A DNA stretch of 31,192 nt from a virus. Positions 15,691 to 27,225 of the stretch are shown in pieces (within the stretch, counting starts at the first letter, position 1; the number at the start of each line of letters is the position of its first letter). The notes beneath the pieces are model-generated. The model saw only the letters and a program-made list of their open reading frames with translations. It was not told the DNA's origin and did no database searches. A program made the translations under genes and the position numbers. The DNA lies in the UHGV virus genome UHGV-0019120, one strand, 5' to 3'.

Positions 15691-16105
15691 TTTACGAGAA
15701 CTCTACCACAACACTTTCGGTCATGCACGAAGTCTCTCACTGATCGAACGATAATCCACCAGTAAAAGGATCTAAATTGGATCTCGTTTTGCGAGCATCA
15801 TACTACTGGCCTAACTCCAGTCAATGATTCCCAGCCAGAAACCTGCGGTAAACTCATCGTTCAGCAATATGCTGTCCGGCTTCAAAGATAAGGTGACATC
15901 ATCCCTTAACAGCGCGGCCAGTTCAGTTAAAGGGCTGTTCTGATTTAATGCTGGCCACTCATACCTGGTAATAAGTGGTCAGTCTTAACACTCACCATTT
16001 GATTGCACCCGTGTTGACGATTTGTTACTGGATATCAGACACGCTGGATAGCCAGTAGAAACATACCATTAAAATTATTACAATAATTGGTCACATGATT
16101 ATCTT

Positions 16106-16669
16106 ATGCTGAATAATAAAGATATGAATATTAATGAACTTAAAGACTGTATTCACTATGAAGTAATCGGTAGCGAGCGTCCTTTCTCCTGGCGAAAGGC
16201 AATTGTTCGCGCAATAAAACATAGAAGGGTTCGTTATTTATTTTGGTGGCGCATAGCCAAATACCTTTTTGATAAAGGCGGATACTGTCGGAAGATTGCG
16301 GGAAAAATAGAACGTTTCATTCTTGATAAATATAATGTAACAGTCCCTTTAACTGTAAATATAGGGAAAGGCTTTGATATTTCTTATCTCAACAGTGTTG
16401 TTATCGGTCACAAAGTAACAATCGGTGAAAATTGTTCAATTAAGCCCGGAGTAACTATTGGACTTCGCGGGGAATTTAATGATATGGATATTGTTATAGG
16501 GCATAATGTGACCATTGGTTGTAATGCCACCATTCTTGGTGGCAAAGTGCGTATAGGAAACAATGTCACAATAGGTGCTCATGCATTGGTATTGCATGAT
16601 ATTCCTGATGATTCAACATTCATCACTAAATTTCAGTCTGAAGTTATCTGCTCGTCCTCCCGAACATAA
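16106..16669 (+). CDS. hexapeptide-repeat (left-handed beta-helix) acyl/acetyltransferase
   Basis: 187 aa; repeated [LIV]-G-x-x-x-x-I-G hexapeptides; only plus-strand gene next to the tail module; 3' end overlaps the convergent fibre assembly gene. Confidence 0.6.
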   Translation: MLNNKDMNINELKDCIHYEVIGSERPFSWRKAIVRAIKHRRVRYLFWWRIAKYLFDKGGYCRKIAGKIERFILDKYNVTVPLTVNIGKGFDISYLNSVVIGHKVTIGENCSIKPGVTIGLRGEFNDMDIVIGHNVTIGCNATILGGKVRIGNNVTIGAHALVLHDIPDDSTFITKFQSEVICSSSRT

Positions 16670-17250
16670 CCCTGATTCATCAGCTCTGGCCATACGATAT
16701 CCGGAGCTGTACTGGTGTCAATTCTACTCACTAATACTCTGTATTTTCTCCAGGAATCCAGTTGTGAATTTTCCTCGTTTGTTGCTATTTCAAGATTAAC
16801 TGCATCCTGCAGAATTGCGATGTTATCTGTTGCTTCCTGGATCAACCTTGCCTTTTTCTCTTCCGCTTCCCGTATCCGAAACAGTTTTTCTGCTTCCTCA
16901 TCCGTCACCCAGGATACGCCGTCCCACTTCTGATACTCCCCTGCTGGCGACAACCAGGTGACATTCTCTGGTAGCGGTCCGAGTTCAGAAATAAACAATG
17001 CGTCCCCCGACGCCACGTCATAGACCGTTTTACCACGATGGTCTTCAACAATATTCCACGATTCATTTTCACTGTTAAAAACTGCCACAAAGCCAGCAGG
17101 AATTTCCGGTGGGGCGATATCTGTAGAATTAGCTGGCAGCCCTGTATGAGGTGGAATATATGCGTCACCTTCACCAATAAACTCATTAGTTCCGGCCAGC
17201 AGGTTATAAATTTTTACGGTACGTGATTGTTCACTCATTCTGAATGCCAT
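16633..17250 (-). CDS. tail fibre assembly protein (gpG/Tfa-like)
   Basis: 205 aa immediately downstream of the tail fibre; sequence style typical of Tfa chaperones. Confidence 0.8.
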   Translation of the reverse strand: MAFRMSEQSRTVKIYNLLAGTNEFIGEGDAYIPPHTGLPANSTDIAPPEIPAGFVAVFNSENESWNIVEDHRGKTVYDVASGDALFISELGPLPENVTWLSPAGEYQKWDGVSWVTDEEAEKLFRIREAEEKKARLIQEATDNIAILQDAVNLEIATNEENSQLDSWRKYRVLVSRIDTSTAPDIVWPELMNQGYVREDEQITSD

Positions 17251-20096
17251 TATGCAAGCCTCACAATATAATTAAATGCGATGTTTTTAACGGTGTTTTC
17301 CGCGTTACCAGCAGCGTTAACGGTGATGGTGTGTCCATGTGAACCAATCGCAACAGAGTGCGTATGAGCGCCAATACCAACAGTGTGTGCATGTGCCCCA
17401 GCACTTGTAGCGGTACCTGATACTGAGTGGGTATGTGCGCCAGAAGAAGGCACAGTTCCATTCCCCACCACCGTGCCACTTGATGAACCATCCAGCCAGT
17501 CGAAATTCATACCGCCACTGTTTGGTCTCCTTAATGGAACGGTATGAGTATGTGCGCCAGCACTATTTGCAGTACCAGATACATTATGGGTATGTGCACC
17601 TGTGTTATTCGTTGATTTAGTACCGTAATCAAACGACGATGTGGTTTTCGTACCCAAATCCGTATTGGATGCGCTGGCACTGTGGGTGTGCGATTTAATG
17701 CCATCCTGTTCCTGAGACAATACGGCCCGACCACTGGCGGGTTTGCCCTTGATTGTCCAGCCGCGCATATCTGGAATAACACCAGAAGGATAGGCAATAG
17801 CCAGTTTCGGATATGCTGCCTTATCAAACGTCTGCCCCTGCATGATTGCATAACCTGCAGGTGGCGTATCTGATGGCCACGGCAGCGGAACACCTGGCGG
17901 AAACGCTTCAATATTTGCCGAGCCGTCAAATTTTACGCCGTTAATTGTCCTTGCCGTTTTCAGCTTTGTTGCTGTAGCAGCATTGCCGGATAGTTCGCCT
18001 GAAAGACCACCGCTGAATGTCTGTTTCGCCATCCATGTCTGAGCTTCGTCGATAATTGGCACACGTCTTGTCGTGATCGTGCGGCTTCCCGGATTTCCTG
18101 AAATGCGAACCATAAAAAAGCGGTAGTTGGCTTTACTTACAGTGCTGCGCCATACATGCATTGAGCGTCCCGAACCAGAATCATCACTCGGACCGACTGA
18201 GATGTTTATCAGGTTGCCATCAATGACGCCCCAGTCCATACCGTCGGGAATATTGGTCATGTTATCAAGCCGAACGGTTATCAGACTGCCCGGCACAAAA
18301 TCGTAGGTCTGCCAGTCCAGGCTGGTGAGCTTTGCCACAGCACCGCCGATACCCAGATTCAGGGGAAGTGAATACGAGGTGTAGACTTCCCGCCATTCGC
18401 TCCATGAGCTGCCGGTAAAGACGCGCTCAAAGGTGCGGCCTTTAAGGGTTGTACCTGTTCCGGCAGTTGTATAACGCTGCCATACATTAACACCATCAAA
18501 CCGCCTCAACACTTCCAGAATACCGAGGACTGTCACGCCGTTTCCGTCCAGTACTGGACCGTTGGTCGCTTTACCTGTAACGCTGTAAATACCTGGTGAA
18601 GTCACATCATTCAAATCCCCGTCGTAATAACGACTCTCTGACTGATGACCGACTCTTAACCACGGTTCCCACTGCGGATTTGATGCATCCCAGCTTGCCG
18701 CAAGGCAGCGGACGTACATATTTCCACGGCGAGTGGTATAACGTTGCGTTCTTCCATAATTCCCGCCTTCGAGGATCTCAAGCGTCCCCTGAGCAAAGCC
18801 GCCTTCCTCTGGATAATTGCGTTCATATGAAGCTATAGCCGAGCTACTGTTACGCCATAAACCAAGATGCTCGGCGGCTCCAAGCGTATTCAGGTCTATA
18901 GTCGTACTCAAAGAGCGGGTAGCTGATTGAGTGTGACGCCATATGCCCCACGGACCATCAGAGCCATTCCACTTATTGGCGAGTCTGCGTATGTATACAT
19001 TGCCGTCTCTCGTGGTGAAGCGTTGCGTACCTGCAAAATTGCCGGCAGCAAAAACCTCAAGCACACCGACAGCATTATCTTCCGGGAAATTTTTCTCCAG
19101 TGTTGCGTTAGTTGAGGTAGCTTTAGACCAGATCCCCAGATAAGCCTTAACGGGACCAAATGTATTCAGATCAGCATCAAGCGGCATTTCGCCATTGTTT
19201 TTCATAAACGTCAGGCTGGTAACGCCAACATTGTCCAGAAAAGCTGATTTATCCTGGATATCTGCACCGTTCTGATTTTTCGCCAGACGTGAATTTGCGT
19301 TGTCATTTGCTGCCTTGACCGCTTTTGGCGTTGCCGCCTGCGTTTCAGACGTACTGTTAGTGGCACTACTGAGCTGAACTATCCCTTTTTGTGCCGTGGT
19401 GGCATTCTGGGCGGTATATTTTCCGTCAGCCAGGTCATATGCAGCCTTAACAGCCTTAGGCGTCGCTGCGAGCTTTTCAGACGTGCTATTGGTGGCATTA
19501 CTGAGTTGAACAATGCCTTTTGATGTTAAAGTTGCATCAGGATGATTACGTGATTGCTCATGTTTTACAATAGCTTGCTTAAGCCGCTTTGCTGAAACAG
19601 CCAGGGAATCATCTGTACCTGCATCAATTTCTTGTTCATTAGCAAATCTTGCTACTCCAACAACAGTTTCGGTTGCGGGAGGGTTAATAAACTCAACATC
19701 ACCAAATGTAATGTTTTTAGTATCAAGATTTTTAATTGCTATATCACTTGATATTAAAGCAATTGTAGAAGATGCTTTATTTATTATTACTTGTTCTTGC
19801 GAGTATACAGCAAACAATGTTCCTTTATTTGTATACAAACCTATTGTATGGACAACATACTCATCTTTACTATCATCCTTCGCAGTTACATGAATGGTAT
19901 CAGGAGAAACGACTTTGCCTCCTATTGTGGTAAGTCGCTTTATTTCATCTGTTATTTTTGTTTGTGTGGTTGATGTGGCATAATATCTACTACCTAAACC
20001 AACAGAAACGATCTCAACTTTATTTGTTCCAGTCTTGTTGGCATTAACCAGCGCCTTACGCCCGGCGTCAGTCATCGTAAATAATAATTTACTCAC
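17250..20096 (-). CDS. tail fibre protein (P2 gpH-like, His-box C-terminal domain)
   Basis: 948 aa; [16 protein letters not shown] and duplicated QLSxATNSTSE..[10 protein letters not shown] repeats match P2 gpH as I recall; C-terminal GAHTH repeats typical of receptor-binding tips. Confidence 0.85.
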   Translation of the reverse strand: MSKLLFTMTDAGRKALVNANKTGTNKVEIVSVGLGSRYYATSTTQTKITDEIKRLTTIGGKVVSPDTIHVTAKDDSKDEYVVHTIGLYTNKGTLFAVYSQEQVIINKASSTIALISSDIAIKNLDTKNITFGDVEFINPPATETVVGVARFANEQEIDAGTDDSLAVSAKRLKQAIVKHEQSRNHPDATLTSKGIVQLSNATNSTSEKLAATPKAVKAAYDLADGKYTAQNATTAQKGIVQLSSATNSTSETQAATPKAVKAANDNANSRLAKNQNGADIQDKSAFLDNVGVTSLTFMKNNGEMPLDADLNTFGPVKAYLGIWSKATSTNATLEKNFPEDNAVGVLEVFAAGNFAGTQRFTTRDGNVYIRRLANKWNGSDGPWGIWRHTQSATRSLSTTIDLNTLGAAEHLGLWRNSSSAIASYERNYPEEGGFAQGTLEILEGGNYGRTQRYTTRRGNMYVRCLAASWDASNPQWEPWLRVGHQSESRYYDGDLNDVTSPGIYSVTGKATNGPVLDGNGVTVLGILEVLRRFDGVNVWQRYTTAGTGTTLKGRTFERVFTGSSWSEWREVYTSYSLPLNLGIGGAVAKLTSLDWQTYDFVPGSLITVRLDNMTNIPDGMDWGVIDGNLINISVGPSDDSGSGRSMHVWRSTVSKANYRFFMVRISGNPGSRTITTRRVPIIDEAQTWMAKQTFSGGLSGELSGNAATATKLKTARTINGVKFDGSANIEAFPPGVPLPWPSDTPPAGYAIMQGQTFDKAAYPKLAIAYPSGVIPDMRGWTIKGKPASGRAVLSQEQDGIKSHTHSASASNTDLGTKTTSSFDYGTKSTNNTGAHTHNVSGTANSAGAHTHTVPLRRPNSGGMNFDWLDGSSSGTVVGNGTVPSSGAHTHSVSGTATSAGAHAHTVGIGAHTHSVAIGSHGHTITVNAAGNAENTVKNIAFNYIVRLA

Positions 20097-20126
20097 GCTT
20101 AATTCCTTGGATTAACAAATCGCAAA

Positions 20127-20708
20127 TTAGCACTCACCAATTAATCGTACATAAGACACAGGCTGGAAAGCACCGACAATACCAACACCACCTGAAACAT
20201 TGGTTGCTTGCGAAAATGTAAATAGTGTTCTTGCCGACTTTGCACTCTTGATACTTCTTAACGTATCCTCCAACATCTCTTTCGAAGGAACAGCACCATC
20301 AAAAGAGTTAATCGAAGCAACAATTGAGGCTGTATATGGTTCGCCAGGTGGTGATGTTTCAAACCATTCTGTTATGTTTACCTCTCCACCCAAGCTATTT
20401 ACTACATCTTCAACCGCTGCCCTTGTACCCTTTATTCGCTTTGTTCGTATTATTGATTTAAAAACAGAACGCTTTAACGATACAGGCCAACTATCCCTCC
20501 ATGTATCAGCATTCCATTGCCAAGCTAAATGATCGAGAACAACTGAGTCCAGGTTATCAACAACGCTATATATTTCTGTCTTATATATTAAATTGTTAAT
20601 TGCTTGTAGTTCATCATCAATAGCTTTCGACATAGCTATCACGTTGGGATCGCTAGCTAAGTTAGGAGGTAAAACATCCAACAAGCTAACATTAAAGATA
20701 TCAGCCAT
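20127..20708 (-). CDS. baseplate protein gpI-like
   Basis: 193 aa; position between J-like and fibre genes. Confidence 0.65.
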   Translation of the reverse strand: MADIFNVSLLDVLPPNLASDPNVIAMSKAIDDELQAINNLIYKTEIYSVVDNLDSVVLDHLAWQWNADTWRDSWPVSLKRSVFKSIIRTKRIKGTRAAVEDVVNSLGGEVNITEWFETSPPGEPYTASIVASINSFDGAVPSKEMLEDTLRSIKSAKSARTLFTFSQATNVSGGVGIVGAFQPVSYVRLIGEC

Positions 20709-21825
20709 CCTCTAACCCCGCATACTGGCAATTTATATTTCTCTCTCTGGCGACCTGTGTCTCTCCAACCACAGTAAAAACAGGACTTGATATTTCTAAT
20801 CTTTTAGCCCCAGCATTTTTTAAACGTTGAATAATTTCATCTGGATTTATATCTCTTCCCATAACCGAACGTTGCCATTGTTTATACTCATCAATAGCTT
20901 TCTCAACCTCACTTTGAATTAAAGTTGTTCTGTTTTTGTCCGATGAGTTAATCCAGTATTTAATTATTATATCGTATTCAATGCTCTCTGGTTTCTTAGC
21001 AAGAACTTTATCTGTGAATGGTCGAATATTAGTTGCAGAGAGAACGCTATTTATCTGCTCTAATAGTTCATCAGAAGGTATATCTCCGTTCTCTAACAAA
21101 GAACGGATTTCTACAATTCCGGGCGATGGTGTATATACATTCACATCTTTTATATTCTGATTGGCTGTTCTTGTCCAATATTTATAAGAATCCTCCGGCC
21201 CTGCTGTAGACAGTTTTTCCGGCGACAGTTTTATTCTTTCAGCATAATTATCATCTGACTCCGTATCAGCACCAGAATTAGATGTTGTTACATTCCTTAC
21301 GCTGGAAACATACGGCAACGGAGTCACCAACTCATTTATTTGCCCTGGTAAAAAGCCATTCCCAGATAAACCAGGTATAACAGCATATCCTGAGACTGTA
21401 CCAACTGTTTTCCCAGCAGGTATTTCCAACAAAATATCTGTTTGGAAAATAACACCATTTCCAGTTGAAACTTGAGTGCCAGCAGGTATTGTATATATCC
21501 CCGATAATTTTGTTGACAGATTAAACTCAAATGTAGTCAAGGCAGATTGAGCTTCCAGCCTAGGCGTATCCGTCAGATAGCCTATATGGTCGAGATATTC
21601 ACCTTCACCATATGTAAGAAGGTTTTGTTTTGCAGAAAAATCGATAGCTTTTCTTTGCTGTATAATAATCTCACACAATGATAAGATGAATAATCTACGT
21701 GGATCAGCAGGTGCTAATGTTTCACCTGTTATACTCTCAAAAGCCCTGATTGAACGAGTTGTTATATCAGTCGGGTTAGAATCTGCGAAAGTAATATCTG
21801 GCAAACCACCACGCGGCAACGTCAT
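20701..21825 (-). CDS. baseplate protein gpJ-like
   Basis: 374 aa; size and position fit baseplate J. Confidence 0.75.
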   Translation of the reverse strand: MTLPRGGLPDITFADSNPTDITTRSIRAFESITGETLAPADPRRLFILSLCEIIIQQRKAIDFSAKQNLLTYGEGEYLDHIGYLTDTPRLEAQSALTTFEFNLSTKLSGIYTIPAGTQVSTGNGVIFQTDILLEIPAGKTVGTVSGYAVIPGLSGNGFLPGQINELVTPLPYVSSVRNVTTSNSGADTESDDNYAERIKLSPEKLSTAGPEDSYKYWTRTANQNIKDVNVYTPSPGIVEIRSLLENGDIPSDELLEQINSVLSATNIRPFTDKVLAKKPESIEYDIIIKYWINSSDKNRTTLIQSEVEKAIDEYKQWQRSVMGRDINPDEIIQRLKNAGAKRLEISSPVFTVVGETQVARERNINCQYAGLEDG

Positions 21826-22142
21826 TCTCTAACTCCTATCACAAGTTTTGGCCTAATAAAACCATCAGAAACGTCCGTTCTTTCAAAAGTAACAGAATGG
21901 ATAATCGCTCTAGGCTCAAACTCACTAATTTTTTGAATTATTTCTCGTGTTGCTGTAGCAATAAAAATTGGACTAGGGCTATCAACAAGACTTGAATTAA
22001 TTCCTAATTTTCTGGCATATGGTACAGTGCCAATTTGAGTATTAATAATAGTAGAGACATTTTGCAAAACTTCTTCTACAACTGTTTTGGGCGACCAATC
22101 AATCGAGTAAGAAGGTGATGATATGGTAAACGTATTATTCAT
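21822..22142 (-). CDS. baseplate wedge protein gpW/gp25-like
   Basis: 106 aa; conserved EPR motif region (ISEFEPRAIIHSVTF). Confidence 0.65.
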   Translation of the reverse strand: MNNTFTISSPSYSIDWSPKTVVEEVLQNVSTIINTQIGTVPYARKLGINSSLVDSPSPIFIATATREIIQKISEFEPRAIIHSVTFERTDVSDGFIRPKLVIGVRE

Positions 22143-22606
22143 AATAATTTACCTAACGCACTTCTAGTTTTTGACTCTATATTGCCAGCAATATCAACTA
22201 ATGCTTCTTTCAGAGAGGTCTGTCCGACTTCCTGTAATTTAATGCCGACGATAATCACTCGTGGATTCCCAGTTGGACCGAAATAAGTCCATGATTCCTC
22301 TATATCTGTAATTATAAAATTACCAAAATACTGAATACCAATTACAACAGGATTTACTTCCTGAATTGATTGCATTGTCCTAAGTAATGAAAGCGCAGCC
22401 AATGGAACAATGCCAAGTGTTGTATCCAACCGCATATTAAAACTAACTTCATCCAGATCTGGACCTATATCCTCCAGAACAGGTTTAAGCCCAATAACAT
22501 CATGGCGCGCTACACGACGCTTTGACGTCCTTTTAAAATTGTTGAACGTATTCACCACTATTGATGAGGCAACAAAAGGCATTGTACCAAGCATACCCAC
22601 AATCAT
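22139..22606 (-). CDS. hypothetical baseplate/tail protein
   Basis: 155 aa between V-like and W-like genes; family not recognised. Confidence 0.35.
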   Translation of the reverse strand: MIVGMLGTMPFVASSIVVNTFNNFKRTSKRRVARHDVIGLKPVLEDIGPDLDEVSFNMRLDTTLGIVPLAALSLLRTMQSIQEVNPVVIGIQYFGNFIITDIEESWTYFGPTGNPRVIIVGIKLQEVGQTSLKEALVDIAGNIESKTRSALGKLL

Positions 22607-23223
22607 GCCTGAGCCTCCGTTGTCGGAGCGTATTCCCCCTGAGCTGTGTGATGGTGGCCTTTAGATTTAATCCCATCAACATCTATATCACCACCAACAA
22701 CCTTAACATTCCCAGAAATTGTAGCTGCAACACCTCCAGCAGAAGATCCTTTCATTCCACCTTTGAAGGTTAGTAATCCTTCAACTGTAGCATTTCCGGT
22801 AATGATGGTTTCTGGAGCATCAATAGTTACGGTTCCTGTAGCCTTAATGGTTACATCTCCGACAGCATCAACAAGGAGTAAATTAGATTCTCTGTCTATC
22901 TCAATACGAGTTCCGTTATTAAATCTAATGACGCGTTTATTAACAGTATTAGATGGCGGCTTCTGTGTTTCATCATAAAAACTACCAAGAATAAAACCTT
23001 GTTGCGGCCCCGCGGGATGAAAGATACACAAAACTTGCTCACCAATATCTGGCATCCAGTAATCAGCATTCTTATCTGTATTTTTCACAATAACTGATAA
23101 CTTTGCCGAAGTGACGTTATCCTGATCATCGAAAGTAACTCTTGCTGTAACATCACCATCATCAATATCAGAAACAACGCCAACTCTTATAGTCTGACGT
23201 AATAATGTTTCTAAATCATTCAT
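22603..23223 (-). CDS. baseplate spike protein gpV-like
   Basis: 206 aa; GEQVLCIF...GSFY and Gly/Val-rich beta-helix-like C-terminus parallel P2 gpV. Confidence 0.7.
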   Translation of the reverse strand: MNDLETLLRQTIRVGVVSDIDDGDVTARVTFDDQDNVTSAKLSVIVKNTDKNADYWMPDIGEQVLCIFHPAGPQQGFILGSFYDETQKPPSNTVNKRVIRFNNGTRIEIDRESNLLLVDAVGDVTIKATGTVTIDAPETIITGNATVEGLLTFKGGMKGSSAGGVAATISGNVKVVGGDIDVDGIKSKGHHHTAQGEYAPTTEAQA

Positions 23224-23225
23224 AA

Positions 23226-24227
23226 TTAATACCCATTAATTACTCTTCGGACATCAATCGAGGTGGTATAACCACTAGTCCCAATTGAATGCACAGCTTT
23301 CGATATAAGATATTTTCCAGAAAATGAACCGAATCCCTCCAGATTTATAGTTACACCAGCTACCAATCTGGTGTCTCCAACCAATACTAAAGATCCGGTA
23401 TTTTGATATCTATTTTTAAGCCGCAAAGCAGCCTTTGCCTTACGTTTTGCTTCATCTAAATTAGCTACCAGTTTTCTTATCTTAAGATTCGACCCTTCTT
23501 CTACGGATGGATCTACCCAAGTATACGAAAGCGACTTTCTTTTTTTAGGTACGCGATATTTGCACGTGCAACTTTTATACAAATCTGTAGATTGTGTGCT
23601 AAAGCTATATCTGATTATCTCATCAATACCTAACGTAAGCGTAGCGATAGGATCTTTTTGCTCAAACATCTCTTGAGCAAATATTATTAATTGGCTATCA
23701 GTGACCTTTAACGACAACCCTTCATCCTGGCAAAGTCGATGGAGAAATTTTAAATCGCTTTCCTCCATTTGATCTTCACGCGCATAATATGGATTACTAT
23801 CACCATCAATAAGAAACAACAGTTCAAGGTTAGCTAATTTAGCTATAGAAGTTGCTATATCTTTAAGAGTTGTTTTTTCCCATGCATTACTTTTTAAATC
23901 ACGTCTAATGCCTGATGAAATAGGAACAGAAACAGCAGTTACCTCAACCACAGAAGGTGGTCCAGAGCAAGTTATGCCATCTACCTGGAATTTCCCGCAC
24001 TCAAGGACGATTTGATTTATAGGCTTAAAGCTCAAATCAATAAAATCACCCTTTTTAGGTGTCCAGTCTCCAGACCATTTCCCATCATCATTTTTTAATA
24101 TAATAGAAATATCATCGACCTGACCATCTTCATTATCTGTATAAGACATTGACAAAACATCAGGTGACATATGAGCGGTAATATTTACATTCTGATATAT
24201 AACATCAAAAAGCGTTTTACGTAACAC
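23226..24227 (-). CDS. putative gpD-like baseplate hub protein
   Basis: 333 aa after the X-like gene; assigned by position and size. Confidence 0.55.
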   Translation of the reverse strand: MLRKTLFDVIYQNVNITAHMSPDVLSMSYTDNEDGQVDDISIILKNDDGKWSGDWTPKKGDFIDLSFKPINQIVLECGKFQVDGITCSGPPSVVEVTAVSVPISSGIRRDLKSNAWEKTTLKDIATSIAKLANLELLFLIDGDSNPYYAREDQMEESDLKFLHRLCQDEGLSLKVTDSQLIIFAQEMFEQKDPIATLTLGIDEIIRYSFSTQSTDLYKSCTCKYRVPKKRKSLSYTWVDPSVEEGSNLKIRKLVANLDEAKRKAKAALRLKNRYQNTGSLVLVGDTRLVAGVTINLEGFGSFSGKYLISKAVHSIGTSGYTTSIDVRRVINGY

Positions 24228-24435
24228 TATTGCGTCTCCACGGAGGAAAATTGTTTACTGATATTGGCATAACCGGAGCATCAGGAACTTTAAGAATAAT
24301 TCCCGCAGAAAAAAGCACCGTAAAGCGGTGCTCAGTATTAGCATCAATAAGAAGATAAGACAGGTACTCATTACCATACAACTTTAAAGCGATACTATCC
24401 CATGAGTCCCCTTGAACCGTTCTATAATCATCCAA
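24217..24435 (-). CDS. tail protein X-like (LysM domain)
   Basis: 72 aa; YRTVQGDSWDSIALKLYGNEYLSYLLIDAN is a LysM-like motif. Confidence 0.65.
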   Translation of the reverse strand: MDDYRTVQGDSWDSIALKLYGNEYLSYLLIDANTEHRFTVLFSAGIILKVPDAPVMPISVNNFPPWRRNSVT

Positions 24436-27220
24436 AACTTAATCTCCGTTGTTGGAACATATGAGCACTCAATTTCTTCTCAAAATCAGAATATCCCGCA
24501 TCTAATGCTCTTTTAGCTGCCGCCTCAGTTTCCTTTGGTGAACCAGCCGGAAGATTGATTACAGGTGAATAGGTTATTCCACCAGTCACAGCGTTAACGT
24601 TCTGGCGAGGTCCAGAAGTCCCAGCGGCAGATATCCCGTGAGGTGATAAATTTGATTGCCCGAACTTGCTTGCTATTGCATTCTGTAAGCTGTTATTCCT
24701 GCTAACACCTGATGCCAGAGTAGTCATTATTGCACCACCTGACTTTGTTAGCTGTGAGAATGGACCTTTTTTCGCGTCAGAGAACGGTAAATACTCACGT
24801 ACAGAAGAAAAAACGCCTTTCACTTCATTAATTAAAGCATTTGCTTTTGATTTTATCCCAGTGATTAACGTCTCAATTATTTTTGCGCCTGACTCACTCC
24901 AGTTTATTCCAGATAAATAAGTCGTTACAGATTGGAATGCTCTTATAAAGAGTCCAACTGGTGAAAAACGCATAAAAACAGATACCAGTGTATCTATGAT
25001 TTTCTTTCCTGTTTCGCTCCAGTTAATGCCAGAAAGGTAATTTGTTGTAATTTTAAATGCTTTAATTAAGAACGGAAGCGGAGACATCCATTTAAAAGCA
25101 CTAATTAATGTACTGTAAATTCTTACTCCTGCCGAACTCCAGTTTATGTTGGAAAGATAATCCCATGCTTTACCAAACATAGATATAATCCATCCATTGA
25201 GGTCAAAGTTTAAGATAAAGTTTTTTATAGCCTCAAATGATTTAACTGTATATTCCTTAACAGAAGGCCAAACTCTGACAGCATAATCTCTGATCTTATC
25301 CCAATTCTGATAGAGCAATATTCCTGCGGCAACCAGCGCAGATATAGCCATCTGAATCCACCCGAAGGGTGTTAGCTTTGTCGCTACAGATAAAGCCAGC
25401 ATAGCTACCCTACACGCTATAACCACACTTTTCATGGTTAGAAACGCACCTGCCGCCATCACTATCTGAGACACAAAATTGGGGTTGTTAGCTACAAATT
25501 CACTAATTTTTGTAATCAGCGGAACCAAAACACTAAGCGCGGCATTCAAAGCAGGTTGCAAGGCCTGACCAAAACTTAATGATGCATTGCTAGCCTGAAT
25601 ACGTAATTGTTTCAATCGCTCCGCATTATCTTTCGTTATGTTGGCAAAATCGCGGTCAATAACAGCACTTCCAGCTCCAAGAGATGTTGCTTTGATTCTC
25701 TGGTATTCCTTCCAGTTTTGAATCATCGGACGAACAAAGTTCTGAACCTGCATATCGCCAAATAGTTCACCAAGTAACTTCTGATCTCCGTTCTTAGTCA
25801 TTTTCATGACAGAATGCATTGCAGCTTCGAATGGATTCTTCCCTTTTTTCTGCGCTGTTGTAACAATTTTATATAAATCTACACCGAAATTTTTCTTTGC
25901 TTTTTTTAGTGTTTCAGGGGAAAGTATTTTTGCCAAAAAGTTGTTCATATTATTAGCAGCCTCATCCGAAGTTGCAGCCCCCTTGCGAGCTATCTGCAAA
26001 GCTGCACCCATCGTCGCGGCTGCTTCTTTACCTCCCATTTTTAATGCCTGGAACTGAGCACCAAGCACAGGAAGATTTTTGGCCATATCTTTAAATTCAA
26101 AGTTCCCCTCTTTCCCTGCCTGAACCAGAATCCCCATTGCAGACTTCATTTGAGATGGATCAATCTTCAATGAGTCACTTAATGTAAATGATGCTTTCGA
26201 GACATCGAGGATATCAGAGCCAGTAGCTGTAGCTGTTCGCCCAATAGTTAGTAGATTCGCCTGAGCCTCTTTATAATCCTGCCCAGCAGCGACGAGAAAA
26301 CCCTGAGCGGCCTGAATATCAGATGCAAACTGGTTGGTAGCCGTTCCGGTAACAAGCATCGCCTGCCCCATCGCCTGAACTTCTTCCGGCTTCATATCTG
26401 CCGTAAGACCAATCATTTTGTTTTCACGATTGAAATTTGCTGCATTGTTAGCAGCAGCAAATGCACCAGCCGCTACAGCACCAGTTTGTAATCCTGACCT
26501 TACAAGTTGACTCTTTGCCTCACCAAGATGCTCTCGCTTCAATTCACGCTGCCTTTCCAACGCGCGGTTTAACTCCTCCTGAGCACGTTTTACTGCAAGA
26601 ACATTTTTCCGTGCTTCAGCCAACGCATTTTTATAGCTGTTAATTTTATCAATACGTTGTTTTTCTAATGCCCGGTTAAGTTCCTCCTGCTGTTTTTTCA
26701 CTTGCTGAACATTTGCTCTGGCTAAAGCCAAAGCCGTTCTGTAGCGGTTAACCTGCTCAACGCTACGGGCCTGAGCCTCACGATTACGATCAATGCTGGC
26801 TTTAAGCTCTTTCTCTCTTGAGGCCAAAGCTCTGGCAGATGTATCAGCTCCCTGATAGGCAGACTTTAAAGCGGCCAGTTCTTCACGCTGAGAACGTAGT
26901 GATGCTCGTAAATTTGATGAATGTGTTTTTGCCTTCTCAAAGTCACGAAGCATCGCTCTGGTTGGATTGGCCGTGTTTTTTATTTGCTTCTGTAACTCTT
27001 CAACGCGAGCGGCAGCTTTATGATATTCGAGGGCAGTCTGTCCAACCTTTACTTTTACAGATTGTAGCTTTTGAATTTCCCCATGTTCTTTCGTTAATCC
27101 AGCAAGCTCTGCATTTAATTTAGCAACAGCCTGATTAGCTGTAGTAAAACTTTTGGGGAGAGAGGCGGCAACTTTGCCGCCAATTTCAAAAGCCAGCTTA
27201 AAGTTCTTATTGCTGGCCAT
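24428..27220 (-). CDS. tail tape measure protein
   Basis: 930 aa; long Ala/Lys/Glu/Arg-rich helical N-terminal half, hydrophobic segments, tandem SGINWSE-containing repeats; directly after the chaperone genes. Confidence 0.8.
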   Translation of the reverse strand: MASNKNFKLAFEIGGKVAASLPKSFTTANQAVAKLNAELAGLTKEHGEIQKLQSVKVKVGQTALEYHKAAARVEELQKQIKNTANPTRAMLRDFEKAKTHSSNLRASLRSQREELAALKSAYQGADTSARALASREKELKASIDRNREAQARSVEQVNRYRTALALARANVQQVKKQQEELNRALEKQRIDKINSYKNALAEARKNVLAVKRAQEELNRALERQRELKREHLGEAKSQLVRSGLQTGAVAAGAFAAANNAANFNRENKMIGLTADMKPEEVQAMGQAMLVTGTATNQFASDIQAAQGFLVAAGQDYKEAQANLLTIGRTATATGSDILDVSKASFTLSDSLKIDPSQMKSAMGILVQAGKEGNFEFKDMAKNLPVLGAQFQALKMGGKEAAATMGAALQIARKGAATSDEAANNMNNFLAKILSPETLKKAKKNFGVDLYKIVTTAQKKGKNPFEAAMHSVMKMTKNGDQKLLGELFGDMQVQNFVRPMIQNWKEYQRIKATSLGAGSAVIDRDFANITKDNAERLKQLRIQASNASLSFGQALQPALNAALSVLVPLITKISEFVANNPNFVSQIVMAAGAFLTMKSVVIACRVAMLALSVATKLTPFGWIQMAISALVAAGILLYQNWDKIRDYAVRVWPSVKEYTVKSFEAIKNFILNFDLNGWIISMFGKAWDYLSNINWSSAGVRIYSTLISAFKWMSPLPFLIKAFKITTNYLSGINWSETGKKIIDTLVSVFMRFSPVGLFIRAFQSVTTYLSGINWSESGAKIIETLITGIKSKANALINEVKGVFSSVREYLPFSDAKKGPFSQLTKSGGAIMTTLASGVSRNNSLQNAIASKFGQSNLSPHGISAAGTSGPRQNVNAVTGGITYSPVINLPAGSPKETEAAAKRALDAGYSDFEKKLSAHMFQQRRLSFG

Positions 27221-27225
27221 TAGTA

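Noticed and set aside
15800-15960. Possible gene remnant on the minus strand (frame ending ...GFWLGIIDWS)
   Set aside because: Open frame without start codon or RBS and under 60 codons; could be a decayed fragment but I cannot assign it without a search.
16633-20096. Invertible tail-fibre (Gin/Cin-type) switch
   Set aside because: No invertase gene and no inverted duplicate of the fibre C-terminus or Tfa gene nearby; the neighbouring gene is an acetyltransferase on the opposite strand.
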